Assembly (NCBI GenBank): GCA_045537905.1
Contig: JAZSQJ010000045.1
Location: forward strand, 1-63,803
Length of the DNA stretch: 63,803 nucleotides
Reading direction: 5' to 3'
Source: Eubacteriales bacterium
GTDB taxonomy: Bacteria; Bacillota; Clostridia; Oscillospirales; CAG-382
The position numbers and the translations under genes were made by a program. Under the pieces are notes generated by a model. The model was not told the origin of the DNA. It searched no databases and was given only the letters and a program-made list of their open reading frames with translations. This document shows, piece by piece, positions 1-8,870 of the stretch. Position 1 is the first letter of the stretch. Each line of letters starts with the position of its first letter.

Positions 1-226
1 GAGTGCTGAGAAAGAGTGCAGGCAAGACGAACCGAGGCGATAACTGTAATACCACCCCACAAAAATATATTTTTGTGGGGACCCCGGAGTACTGTGAGCC
101 GAGGTTCGTTTTGAACGAAAAAACAAATATAATGTTGAAAATTCAGGGGAATTTTCCCTGAATTTTCTACTTTCGAATGAGTATATTTTATTCTTTTTCG
201 TGCTCTGTGCCTTTGTCAGCGGTCTG
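1..226 (+). repeat. Structured non-coding repeat element (MITE-like), 5' end truncated by the window edge; near-identical to 54452-54641
   Basis: GAGTGCTGAGAAAGAGTGCAGGCAAGACGAACCGAGGCGATAACTGTA...TTTGTCAGCGGTCTG aligns by eye with 54452-54641, apart from a 39-bp insert at 49-87 and a few substitutions. Confidence 0.9.
55..80. repeat. Perfect 26-bp palindrome (REP-like) nested in the repeat element
   Basis: CCCCACAAAAATA|TATTTTTGTGGGG followed by ACCCC; absent from the 54.4 kb copy. Confidence 0.85.
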
Positions 227-250
227 AAGGGGCGGCTGTTGCCGCCCCTT
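227..250. terminator. Hairpin, probable terminator for the minus-strand phosphoesterase gene
   Basis: AAGGGGCGGC-TGTT-GCCGCCCCTT, 30 bp beyond the stop at 281. Confidence 0.6.
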
Positions 251-280
251 GTCTTTTCAAAGCTTTTATAAAAGTATACT

Positions 281-2779
281 TTAGTTCTTAAGTACAGCCT
301 TAAGGGAGATATAGTCGGATGTACTTACAGTGTTGTCACCGTCAGAGTCAGCCGCCTTTTTGTAGGCACCCTCAACCACGGTAAGGTTCTTAAGAGTAAG
401 ACCAACAACAATGTAGTCAGCCGTTGCAACGATACCGTCGCCGTCAACGTCGTTTACTATAACAACGGTAACGCTGTCGGTAAGCTTGCCATCAACGTAG
501 CAACCGATGGTGAAGCCCGTTGCAACGTAAGCGTCGTCGGCAACGGCGTTACCCTTAGCGTCGGTAACACGAAGGTCCTTGTTGGTAAAGCCGTCCTTAA
601 GACTCTTTGCGGTGGTAAGGCAGCTTACCTTTTCCAGATAGTCGCCCTCTACCTCAAAGGCAGAGTTATCGGCAGGAACGAGCTCTGTAGGCTCTTCAGG
701 CTCAGTACCGGGAATGGTAGGCGTAACGTTTGCCTCGCCGGGGTTAGCGGTGTACACGGTAACCTTGCCGCTGTCAAGGGTAAAGTACTTACCTACGGCA
801 AGGGTACTCATAAGAGAGCTGTAGTTGGCATAGCTCTTGTTAATAAGCAGTACACAGCCGTTTGCAGGGATAGCGGTAGTGTTCTTTGCGTTGCCGCTGG
901 TATCCTGCGCGGTAACCTTATATGCACCGGTGCTGTCTCTTACACCCGTTATGGTAACGTTGCCGGAGAACAGCCAACCGCCGTTAGCTATGGTAGCACC
1001 GTAGGCAGGGGTGTAAGCGTTTACAAGGTGAGCGGAAGCGTAACCAACGTTAACGTTGCTTATCTCAAACATCTGGGGAGCGGTAACGTCGGTAGTGGTG
1101 TGGCTTGCGGTATAGCCTGCAAGGTTGATCCAGCCGGTGTAACCGTTGTAACGAACTCTGCCCCAAACACCGTTAGCGGCGTTAACTTCAATAAGGGTAC
1201 CGCTGGGGATAGAGGTAAGGGTAGCAGAGGAATCGTCAAAGGTTTCCTTAACGTTAAGCTGTGCCTTGGTGGTGTATATACCTGTGTTTATATCGTTGTA
1301 ACGAAGCTTTTTGGGGATAGTAACGGTCTCAAATATCTGATAGTTGCTTGCGTTACCGTCGGGGCTTACTGCAACCTCAAGGGTAAGACCTCTCTCGTCG
1401 AAGTTCATAATAGCACCGCCCATGTAGGAGGTGTTGGAGTATCTGTTGATCGCAACGCCTGCGGGACCTGTATAAAGAGGATAGGTGCCTGTGTTGGTAA
1501 TAGCAGCTGCCTGAAGTACGTAAGTACCCTTTTCGGGGTCGGTGTTGGTCTGACCGTTGATAAGGGAGCCTGTACGGAAATAGATATGGTTGTCACCGCA
1601 GAGGAGTATATCAACGTTTGCGGTGTTTGCCCAATCGCAATAAGCGTCGTAAACAGACTTGCTGGAGTCTGTACCGGAAGCGCCGTCAAAGAGATAAATG
1701 TGCTGAGCGGAAATAAGGTAATCGTACTTACCCTTGTTGGCTTCTATAACCTTGTTGGCCCAGTTGAAAGCGGTGGTCTTTTCAGCGCCGGCGGTCATTG
1801 CATAGTAGTCAAATATTATAAACAGTACGCGGTTGTAAATAAACCAGTAGGTACGGCCGTTAACGTCTTCCTTAGCGCCGGTAATCTGCTTGCCTGCATA
1901 GGAGCCTGTACCGGGATCGAAAAGTGTATCGGAAGTGGAGCCTATGTACTGAGAGTAACCGTCGGCGTTAAGATAGCCGCTGATACGGGAGGAGGTCTGA
2001 ACATAGCTGTTCTTGGGGTAGTTGCTGGTAACACGCATATACTGCGCACCCTTCCAGTACTGGGAATAGGTGGTGTCCTGAGACATCATACTGTCAAATA
2101 CGTCGTGGTTACCTGTAGTCATAGCAAAGGTGTACTTCTTTATAGAAGGGTCGTTGTAAGCGGTCTGCCAGAAGGTGTGTCTTTCGCCGCTGGCAACAAC
2201 GTCACCGGTGCTGAAATGCAAACCGATTTCATAATCAGCGATGGTGGAAAGATAGTTGGTAGTAGCGGAAAAACGGTTGATCTTTGCGGTCTCGGTATTG
2301 GTAAGGTGGGTATCAGAGGTCCACATAATAGAAAACTTATCCTGACCCGCAGTCTTGAAGGCGTAGGTATCGGAGTAAGCACCCTTACCGTCACAAACCC
2401 TGTATATGTAGTTGGTGTTGGGGGTAAGATTTGTAAGGTTTACACTGTAGTGGATAAACTTGGTGGTGTAACGGGTGGATGTGTTGGACATAGTGGTGTG
2501 TCTGTTATAAAACCACTGATAGTCGTCGGTATCCTGGGTGCCCGTTGCCTTGGTGGCGGAAGCGAAGGAGGTATCCGTCGCCTTGGTGTATTCCACGTAA
2601 CAGCCGGTATAGCCGGGGTTAGCGTGGAAGCTTATGTTCATCTGCGTGTTCATGTTTTCGCCTGGGTTGGTAACTATCATGTACACGTTAGAGCTGGCTG
2701 CAGAAGCAAAAAGCTGCAGAGAGCCAAAACAAGGAATGCACATAGCGATAACGAGTAAAAGTACAAGTAGCTTTTTCAT
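281..2779 (-). CDS. Secreted purple-acid-phosphatase-like metallophosphoesterase (FN3-like + metallophosphoesterase + SH3b-like + C-terminal dockerin)
   Basis: Start moved to MKKLLVLLLV (signal peptide, AGGA RBS). Motifs: SDTH, TGDVV, GNHD, GDNHIY. SH3b-like WGRVRYNGYTGWI. Duplicated Ca-binding dockerin loops DVDGDGIVATAD and DSDGDNTVSTSD. Confidence 0.8.
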   Translation of the reverse strand: MKKLLVLLLVIAMCIPCFGSLQLFASAASSNVYMIVTNPGENMNTQMNISFHANPGYTGCYVEYTKATDTSFASATKATGTQDTDDYQWFYNRHTTMSNTSTRYTTKFIHYSVNLTNLTPNTNYIYRVCDGKGAYSDTYAFKTAGQDKFSIMWTSDTHLTNTETAKINRFSATTNYLSTIADYEIGLHFSTGDVVASGERHTFWQTAYNDPSIKKYTFAMTTGNHDVFDSMMSQDTTYSQYWKGAQYMRVTSNYPKNSYVQTSSRISGYLNADGYSQYIGSTSDTLFDPGTGSYAGKQITGAKEDVNGRTYWFIYNRVLFIIFDYYAMTAGAEKTTAFNWANKVIEANKGKYDYLISAQHIYLFDGASGTDSSKSVYDAYCDWANTANVDILLCGDNHIYFRTGSLINGQTNTDPEKGTYVLQAAAITNTGTYPLYTGPAGVAINRYSNTSYMGGAIMNFDERGLTLEVAVSPDGNASNYQIFETVTIPKKLRYNDINTGIYTTKAQLNVKETFDDSSATLTSIPSGTLIEVNAANGVWGRVRYNGYTGWINLAGYTASHTTTDVTAPQMFEISNVNVGYASAHLVNAYTPAYGATIANGGWLFSGNVTITGVRDSTGAYKVTAQDTSGNAKNTTAIPANGCVLLINKSYANYSSLMSTLAVGKYFTLDSGKVTVYTANPGEANVTPTIPGTEPEEPTELVPADNSAFEVEGDYLEKVSCLTTAKSLKDGFTNKDLRVTDAKGNAVADDAYVATGFTIGCYVDGKLTDSVTVVIVNDVDGDGIVATADYIVVGLTLKNLTVVEGAYKKAADSDGDNTVSTSDYISLKAVLKN

Positions 2780-2931
2780 ATTATTCCTAACCTTTCTGTA
2801 GATAAAAACCCACATATAATATACATAATATTGTATCAGCAACAAAGGCTTTTTGTCAATATTACATTTATATAATAAGTAGTAAGTTGTATAGTGCAAT
2901 ATGCCGAAAACAAAAGGGATGGGGGTACTCA

Positions 2932-3170
2932 TTAAGTTGGCATCGGTCAGTAACAAACGTCTCTCTTCAGTACTGTACGGGAGGATTGTTTACACATTTG
3001 CCTATGCTTGGCATGATGTGCCGATCCTCCTGTTGTTGGTAAAATTTAGTTTTTTCGCCTTGCAAGCCATAGCAAGGCTGTGTTTCTTTCATACAACGTA
3101 TCGGTTAAAATGTAGGGACAAACCGTCCTCGACGGTCTTGAGCTGAGCACGTATCGGAAACACAACTTAA
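2932..3170 (+). ncRNA. Candidate multi-stem structured non-coding RNA, family not recognised
   Basis: Closing stem TTAAGTTG/CAACTTAA. Internal stems GGGAGGATTG/CGATCCTCCT, GCCTTGC/GCAAGGC, GTGTTTC/GAAACAC and ACCGTC/GACGGT. G-T pairs favour the + strand. Confidence 0.45.
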
Positions 3171-3409
3171 AACAATAATATATGCCGAAAAAATTTATTA
3201 TAAAAATTTTCTGTTTGTCCTTGAAAGCCACTGCTTAAGCGTTTGCGTATTTTGCGGTGTAAGTTCTTTTTTATAAGTTTTATATTAAAACAGGGCTGCC
3301 TGATGAGACAGCCCCAACTTCTTAAACGGTAAAAAACAAATTTTTTGCGGTCTGCGCTTTTGAGATGCCCGACACGAGCAAAGTGAGTGACGGGGTACTG
3401 TTACATCCC

Positions 3410-5263
3410 TCAAAGTATATTAGGCGTAGCGGTTATGCCGTACCTGTTCATACCTATGGTCAGGCACTTGTCGCTGTCGGCGCTGCGGCAGTCAAAGGGA
3501 AGCCTTTCCTCCTCCAGCTCCTCTATGCGGTCTGTCTGTCCGTCAAGGTATGCCTCCAGCGTTTCCTTTGCCATCCTAAGCCTCATAATTATACCGCCTA
3601 TGCGTATGTCCTGGGTGTCAAAGCCCCCTGCCTTGCTTTCGCTCATCCAAGCCCTGCGGAAGGCAGCGTGAAAGTCCTCTATACGCTTAATAGTTTCGGG
3701 TATAATCTCTTTGGCAAGCCTTGCAAGTTCAAGCTTGTCTCCCTTATCGTAGGCTGCCTTAAGCTCCACACCCAGGGTAGCCTTAAGCTCAAGAGCGTAG
3801 CACAGCTTTGCCTGCACCTCAAACAGGTAGGCAAAGGAGCCCCCGCGGAGAGACAGGGCGTAAAGGTCCTCGGCACACTCGGCGTAAAAAGCACCAAACT
3901 CGGGGGTGGTATGCTTGTCAAACAAGCCCTTCAAGGGGTCGTTGTACAAAAGATACTTGGTAGGGTTAGCGTAAGGAGTACGGTTTTCGCAAGGGGTAAC
4001 GGAGGGACGGCAAAGCTGGCAAAACTCCTTGGTGGTGTAGCCCGTGGCAAACAAAACGTCCTCTGCCGCAAAGCTTTCCGCCTCGCTTCCGGAAAAGTAG
4101 TTATACGCACCGTAAAGGGCAAGAACGGGCAGTACACAGCCGGAAAGACAGTCTGCGCCGTCATCACCCCAGCAGGTCATCATAACGTACTTAACGCCCT
4201 TTTTGTCTATCTCTTCAAAGGCCATGGGAGACACACGCAGGCTGTGGTCAATGGCGGGAGTAAAACCGCTCCATTTCCAGGCGCCGCCGGCAAAGGCAAG
4301 CTCGTTTTCAAACAAAGCGTGCTTTTCCACCTGCGCCTTGTACTTGCTCTGCTCGGTGCTGTAGTAGTCCCAATAAACAAGGGTAACGTTTTTAGGCACC
4401 TTGTCCATAAGCTCACGGTCAATATGCCCGTCGGTGTAGTAGCCGCCAAAGATAAGGCGGAAGAACATATCGCTCCACATCATAGGCTTAAAGTCATACT
4501 TTTCGCAGATATCAGCCACACGCTTAAGGTGGCGGCACATCAGCTCAAAGCGGTCAACAAGACCGTGCTTGTCCAGATACTTACCTCTGCCGAGGCTGAA
4601 GGCCTCGTCCATACCTATATGTAAATGCTTAGTAGGCGTAACGTCACGCCAGGTGGCAATAAGCTTTTCAATGAGGGCGTAGCTTGCCTCCTCGTCAGCC
4701 ATAAGAGTGTCGCCAAAATCCTTTACGGGGGCATAACAGCTCCAACGGAGTGCCTGGTTAAGGTGGGCAAGAGTCTGTATACAGGGCACTATTTCCACGC
4801 CAAAATCAGAGGCAAAGGCACAAATTTCCTTAAGCTCTGCCTTGCTGTGTCTGCCGCGCATATAACCAAAGTAAGGTTCGCCCTCTACCTCAAAGGTATC
4901 CTCGTTATAAAGATACAGGCAGTTAAGACCAAAGGCGGCACTGTAGGCAATATGCTCCTTAATCTTTTTTACGGTAGTAACCGAATTGCGGGAGTTGTCG
5001 ATCATCTCACCGCACAGCTCGTATTTAGACTTAAAGCTGCCCGTAACCCCTCTGCCAAGGGAAAAGGCTCCACGGAAAAGGGAGGCGGTAGAGCTAAAAA
5101 CAAGCCTTGCTCCGCTATCATCCATGCTCAGCGTAAGACGCTCACCCTGTTCGATATAAAGGGGAAGTCCGCCGTCGCTAAGCTCCATAAGTCCAAGGGA
5201 AGCCATAAACTCAAATTGTTTGCGGTAGGGAAGGGCACTGTCCGTAAGTCTGAAAGCTATCAT
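3410..5263 (-). CDS. Beta-N-acetylhexosaminidase, GH20 family
   Basis: HIGMDE catalytic motif; PCIQTLAH, MWSDMF and YWDYY; no signal peptide. Confidence 0.85.
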   Translation of the reverse strand: MIAFRLTDSALPYRKQFEFMASLGLMELSDGGLPLYIEQGERLTLSMDDSGARLVFSSTASLFRGAFSLGRGVTGSFKSKYELCGEMIDNSRNSVTTVKKIKEHIAYSAAFGLNCLYLYNEDTFEVEGEPYFGYMRGRHSKAELKEICAFASDFGVEIVPCIQTLAHLNQALRWSCYAPVKDFGDTLMADEEASYALIEKLIATWRDVTPTKHLHIGMDEAFSLGRGKYLDKHGLVDRFELMCRHLKRVADICEKYDFKPMMWSDMFFRLIFGGYYTDGHIDRELMDKVPKNVTLVYWDYYSTEQSKYKAQVEKHALFENELAFAGGAWKWSGFTPAIDHSLRVSPMAFEEIDKKGVKYVMMTCWGDDGADCLSGCVLPVLALYGAYNYFSGSEAESFAAEDVLFATGYTTKEFCQLCRPSVTPCENRTPYANPTKYLLYNDPLKGLFDKHTTPEFGAFYAECAEDLYALSLRGGSFAYLFEVQAKLCYALELKATLGVELKAAYDKGDKLELARLAKEIIPETIKRIEDFHAAFRRAWMSESKAGGFDTQDIRIGGIIMRLRMAKETLEAYLDGQTDRIEELEEERLPFDCRSADSDKCLTIGMNRYGITATPNIL

Positions 5264-6261
5264 ATTTTATCCTCCGTTTCATAGGGTGCAAGGGCGGCAT
5301 AGGCAGTCGCCTTAAAGCCGTCTATCGCCTTCTTTGGTGATTTTATTACTATTCCTTTTCCAAAGTTCATAAGCCAGGTGTAAAAATGGCTGCTTAGCGC
5401 AACCTTGACGGTAAGCTCAAAATGCTCTCCATCCACCTTGCGGAAGGGTATATCCTTGCCAAACCTGTCAATAACGATACCTGCACGGCTGTTTTCGCAA
5501 ACGAGGGTAACAAAGCACTCCTCACCGCCAAACATAGAGAAAAGCCTGCCCGAGTAGGCACCGATGTCAAAAGAGCCGGCGGCGTCCTGCCCCTCGCGAA
5601 GTTCGTCGCACAGGGTAATGCGGTGCATCTTGTCCACACGGTAATGCTTTATTTTTTCTGCGGCACTGTCGTAGGCAACCAGATAATAGTTCTCGTCGTC
5701 CCAGCACATAGCCCAGGGACTAACTCTGTAAACGGCGCCGCCGTGTCTGGCAACAACCTCTTTGTTCTCGTTCCAGTCCACGTAGGTAAAGCGTATCTGC
5801 CTGTCCTCGTTTATAGCCGTATGTACCGCATCCACGTTATAAAATATGGTTTCGTCCATATTTTTTATACGCCCCGCCACGTGCACCTGACGGGCAAGCT
5901 GCTTGGCTTCATAAACGCTGGCAAGGGAGGCAAGCTTTTTAATAAGAGCGTCGCTTTTCTTTTCCGTAATAAAACGGCTGCTTTGAACGGCATCCGCCAG
6001 AAGGACCAGCTCCGACAGCTCAAAGTCACGGCTGATAAGTCGGTAGCCCCCATCCTTCCCCCTGGTCTGGGCTATGTCAAAACCAAAATGCTCCAGCTGT
6101 GCAATATCGTCGTATACGGTTTTCCGTTCCGCCTCTATGCCCTCAGCCTTCAGAGCGGTAAGTATATCGGCACAGGACAGGGAGTGGTTTTCATCGGTTT
6201 TCTCCCACAGTAACCGTAAAACGTATAAAGGACGAAGCTTTTGTCCGCTGTTTTTAGGCAT
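5260..6261 (-). CDS. WYL-domain transcriptional regulator (wHTH-WYL-WCX)
   Basis: N-terminal wHTH (AERKTVYDDIAQL, GGYRL); WYL signature VSPWAM..ENYYLVAY..YRVDKM; C-terminal WCX (WLMNFG...SP). Confidence 0.9.
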   Translation of the reverse strand: MPKNSGQKLRPLYVLRLLWEKTDENHSLSCADILTALKAEGIEAERKTVYDDIAQLEHFGFDIAQTRGKDGGYRLISRDFELSELVLLADAVQSSRFITEKKSDALIKKLASLASVYEAKQLARQVHVAGRIKNMDETIFYNVDAVHTAINEDRQIRFTYVDWNENKEVVARHGGAVYRVSPWAMCWDDENYYLVAYDSAAEKIKHYRVDKMHRITLCDELREGQDAAGSFDIGAYSGRLFSMFGGEECFVTLVCENSRAGIVIDRFGKDIPFRKVDGEHFELTVKVALSSHFYTWLMNFGKGIVIKSPKKAIDGFKATAYAALAPYETEDKI

Positions 6262-6334
6262 AATCTATCCTCCCTTTAATCCGTCTGATAAAAGCATAGC
6301 ACAGTACAAGCCTTTTTGCAAGAGCTTTTATTTA

Positions 6335-6658
6335 CTAAGCCTTGCCAAAATAGGGACGCAGTGCCTTAAAAAGGCTTTGGTCGCCGTTAATAGTGTAGCG
6401 TACCCTGTCACCGTTGCGGTACTGGATAAGAACGGTGTACTCCGTATCCTTTGGGCTGGGTAAATCCTTGCCGTTGCAGTAGCAGGTTCTGCCAAGAACC
6501 CTTGCACTTTTAACACCGCCGTTTTTGTTGAGTATAACCTCGCTGTGGCTGTTAATGGCAAGGCACACCAGACCTGCAACCGCCATTGTAGAAAAGGCAA
6601 TCCACGCCTGACCGCTGATAAGTAAAGTAATAAAGCCTGTTAATACACAGTAAAACAT
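6335..6658 (-). CDS. Small membrane protein of unknown function
   Basis: 107-aa ORF with AGGAGG RBS, two N-terminal hydrophobic segments and a PH-like soluble tail. Confidence 0.7.
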   Translation of the reverse strand: MFYCVLTGFITLLISGQAWIAFSTMAVAGLVCLAINSHSEVILNKNGGVKSARVLGRTCYCNGKDLPSPKDTEYTVLIQYRNGDRVRYTINGDQSLFKALRPYFGKA

Positions 6659-6702
6659 AGTTTTTTCCTCCTGTAAAAGTCATATTTGCTTGTCGCAAGG
6701 GT

Positions 6703-6740
6703 ATTATGACAGAAACGGAGGGAAATAAAACGGACAATTA
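6703..6740 (-). promoter_or_regulatory. Promoter with extended -10 (TGtCATAAT) and upstream motif TAATTGTCCGTTTTATT, shared with 16003-16019
   Basis: Reverse complement of 6724-6740 is identical to 16003-16019; both lie 14-15 nt upstream of a -10 hexamer. Confidence 0.65.
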
Positions 6741-6836
6741 GACGGTTCTGAACACCGTGCATATTGCAGGGGCAAGCCAAAACAAAAAAAGCACGCAACC
6801 GCCAAATTTAACGAACGGGGAGGACTTAACGAAAGC

Positions 6837-6867
6837 TGTGGCGGACGACCGTCGGTCGTCCGCCACA
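6837..6867. repeat. GC-rich perfect hairpin (REP-like or terminator)
   Basis: TGTGGCGGACGACC-GTC-GGTCGTCCGCCACA, 14-bp stem, no U-tract. Confidence 0.6.
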
Positions 6868-6899
6868 TAACGTACAACGCCTGATTACAGGCTATATTA

Positions 6900-8216
6900 T
6901 TAACCCTTTGATATTTTTTCTCTTACCTCTTTGTCGTGAGGAGTAGCAGGTCTGGGGGTGATATCTCCTGCTCTCATAAGAGCGCCCTTAGTGAGGGTAG
7001 GACCAACAAGCTCGTAAATAAGCACGCCGAAAAGCACTATGTTGCGTATGGTCTGACCGTCAGTGCCCAAGCTGTTAGCGGCAGTCATACACATACCAAG
7101 GGCAACGCCTGCCTGGGGAAGCAGGGTAATACCAAGGTTGTTGGTAACCTTTTTGTCAAGCCTCATAGCCTTTGCGCTGAGGTAAGCGCCGCCGTATTTA
7201 CCGATAGAACGGGTGATGATGTAAATAGCGCCGATAAGAACAACGGTACCGTTGGAAAGTATGCTAAGGTCAAGCTCAGCACCGCTAAGCACGAAGAACA
7301 AAATGTAAATGGGCATAGTCCACTTGTCTGCTCTGTCCATAATGTCTGCAGAAAAGTCGCATATGTTGCAGAAAACGGTACCAAGCATCATGCAAACCAG
7401 CAGGGAGGAGAAGCCGATATGTATACCGCCTACCTCAAGCTTAAGCATGGAAAGGGCAACGGTAAAGGTAACCGCAGTAACCGCCAGACAAAGACGCTTA
7501 CTACCTGAGGTAAACATCTTCTCGGAGTAGGACAGGATAAGACCCATAACGAAGCCAAGGAGGAGAGAGGCAAATATCTCAATAAGAGGCTCCAGAATGA
7601 TGGCAGTAAGACCGGCATTGCCGTTTTGAAGTGCTTTTGCAACGCCTAAGGAAGCGGCAAACACTATAAGACCTACGGCGTCGTCCAAAGCAACGATGGG
7701 AAGCAGCAGCTTGGTAAGCTTACCCTTAGCCTTGTACTGCTTAACAACCATCAACGTTGCGGCAGGGGCGGTAGCGGTAGCGATAGCACCAAGAGTTATG
7801 GCAACGGGCATAGTCATCTCACCGCCGATGATAAAGTGCAGTCCAATCAGTGCGGCATCCACCACCAGGGTGGCGGTAAGTGCCTGCACGCAGCCGATAA
7901 CAGCCGCCGCCTTACCCGTCTCCTTAAGCTCACTCAGGCGGAACTCGTTACCGATAGCAAAGGCGATAAAGCCCAAAGCCAAGTCGGAGAGTATCTTATA
8001 TTCCTCAGCGTTTTCAAGGGAAATAAAGCCAATGCCGTGGATACCCAGAGCACCCAGACAGAAGGGGCCAACCAAAATACCTGCGATAAGGTAGCCTGTA
8101 ACGGCAGGCATACCGAAACGCTTAACGATACGGGAGAGAACAAGACCTGCAACGAGAGCAATAGCTACGCTAAGCAGTGTGCTTGCACTCTCCAGACTAT
8201 TAAGAAGTGCGTCCAT
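6900..8216 (-). CDS. Cation:proton antiporter (CPA2-like)
   Basis: About 12 TM segments; LPIVALDD, FFVLSGAEL and LLPQAGVALG motifs; start moved to MDALL (GAGG RBS). Confidence 0.85.
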   Translation of the reverse strand: MDALLNSLESASTLLSVAIALVAGLVLSRIVKRFGMPAVTGYLIAGILVGPFCLGALGIHGIGFISLENAEEYKILSDLALGFIAFAIGNEFRLSELKETGKAAAVIGCVQALTATLVVDAALIGLHFIIGGEMTMPVAITLGAIATATAPAATLMVVKQYKAKGKLTKLLLPIVALDDAVGLIVFAASLGVAKALQNGNAGLTAIILEPLIEIFASLLLGFVMGLILSYSEKMFTSGSKRLCLAVTAVTFTVALSMLKLEVGGIHIGFSSLLVCMMLGTVFCNICDFSADIMDRADKWTMPIYILFFVLSGAELDLSILSNGTVVLIGAIYIITRSIGKYGGAYLSAKAMRLDKKVTNNLGITLLPQAGVALGMCMTAANSLGTDGQTIRNIVLFGVLIYELVGPTLTKGALMRAGDITPRPATPHDKEVREKISKG

Positions 8217-8375
8217 ACTATAATTAACCTCATTAAAAATATATTTCGGCACGCATTATAGCACTGCAGGCGATTTAAGTCAATGTATATAATGTAGAAA
8301 AACAACCCTCAAAAACAAAAAGCCTTGCATATTTTGGCTAATGTAGTATAATAAAGCGGTAAAGGAGGGGTAAAG

Positions 8376-8870
8376 ATGCGTTTGTTTGTAGCCGTGAAGA
8401 CCGACCGCAGCGTGGATGCAGCCGTAAAAAACGCCGCAACAAATCTCGGCTTGTTTGGAAAGGGAAAAATATATACAAACGAGGAGCTGTATCATATCAC
8501 GCTGGCGTTTATCGGGGAAAGCGACAGGGCAGAGGAGGTCAAGCAGGTCCTTGACGGTATAAGCACCCCGCCCTTCAGTATAGAATTATCGGGCACAGGC
8601 AGCTTTGGAAACACCTATTACGTGGGTGTAGCACCAAACGAGTTCTTAAGTAATTTACAAAGGGATATAACAAAAGCCCTCAGGGAAAAGGGCTTTTTTA
8701 TAGAGAAACGGCAATTCAGACCCCATATTACCATAGCAAGGCGGTTTTTTGCGGATATGGAGCCTGTGATTTTCGTACCCTCGGTCAGCCAAAGGGTAAG
8801 CTCCGTGGTGCTGATGGAAAGCCTTGACGGAGGCTACAAAACCCTGTACACCAAGGAGCTTAAGGCTTAA
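8376..8870 (+). CDS. thpR: RNA 2',3'-cyclic phosphodiesterase (2H phosphoesterase)
   Basis: MRLFVAV start; two HxT motifs, YHITLAF and PHITIAR. Confidence 0.85.
   Translation: MRLFVAVKTDRSVDAAVKNAATNLGLFGKGKIYTNEELYHITLAFIGESDRAEEVKQVLDGISTPPFSIELSGTGSFGNTYYVGVAPNEFLSNLQRDITKALREKGFFIEKRQFRPHITIARRFFADMEPVIFVPSVSQRVSSVVLMESLDGGYKTLYTKELKA

Noticed and set aside
2932-3170. Retron msr-msd or c-di-GMP riboswitch
   Set aside because: No reverse transcriptase in the window; lacks the GEMM GNRA loop and GCAAA/GACGC pattern; folds antisense to the neighbouring genes
3293-3330. CTGATGA hammerhead ribozyme core
   Set aside because: Lies in a terminator-like hairpin with no following stem II-GAAA
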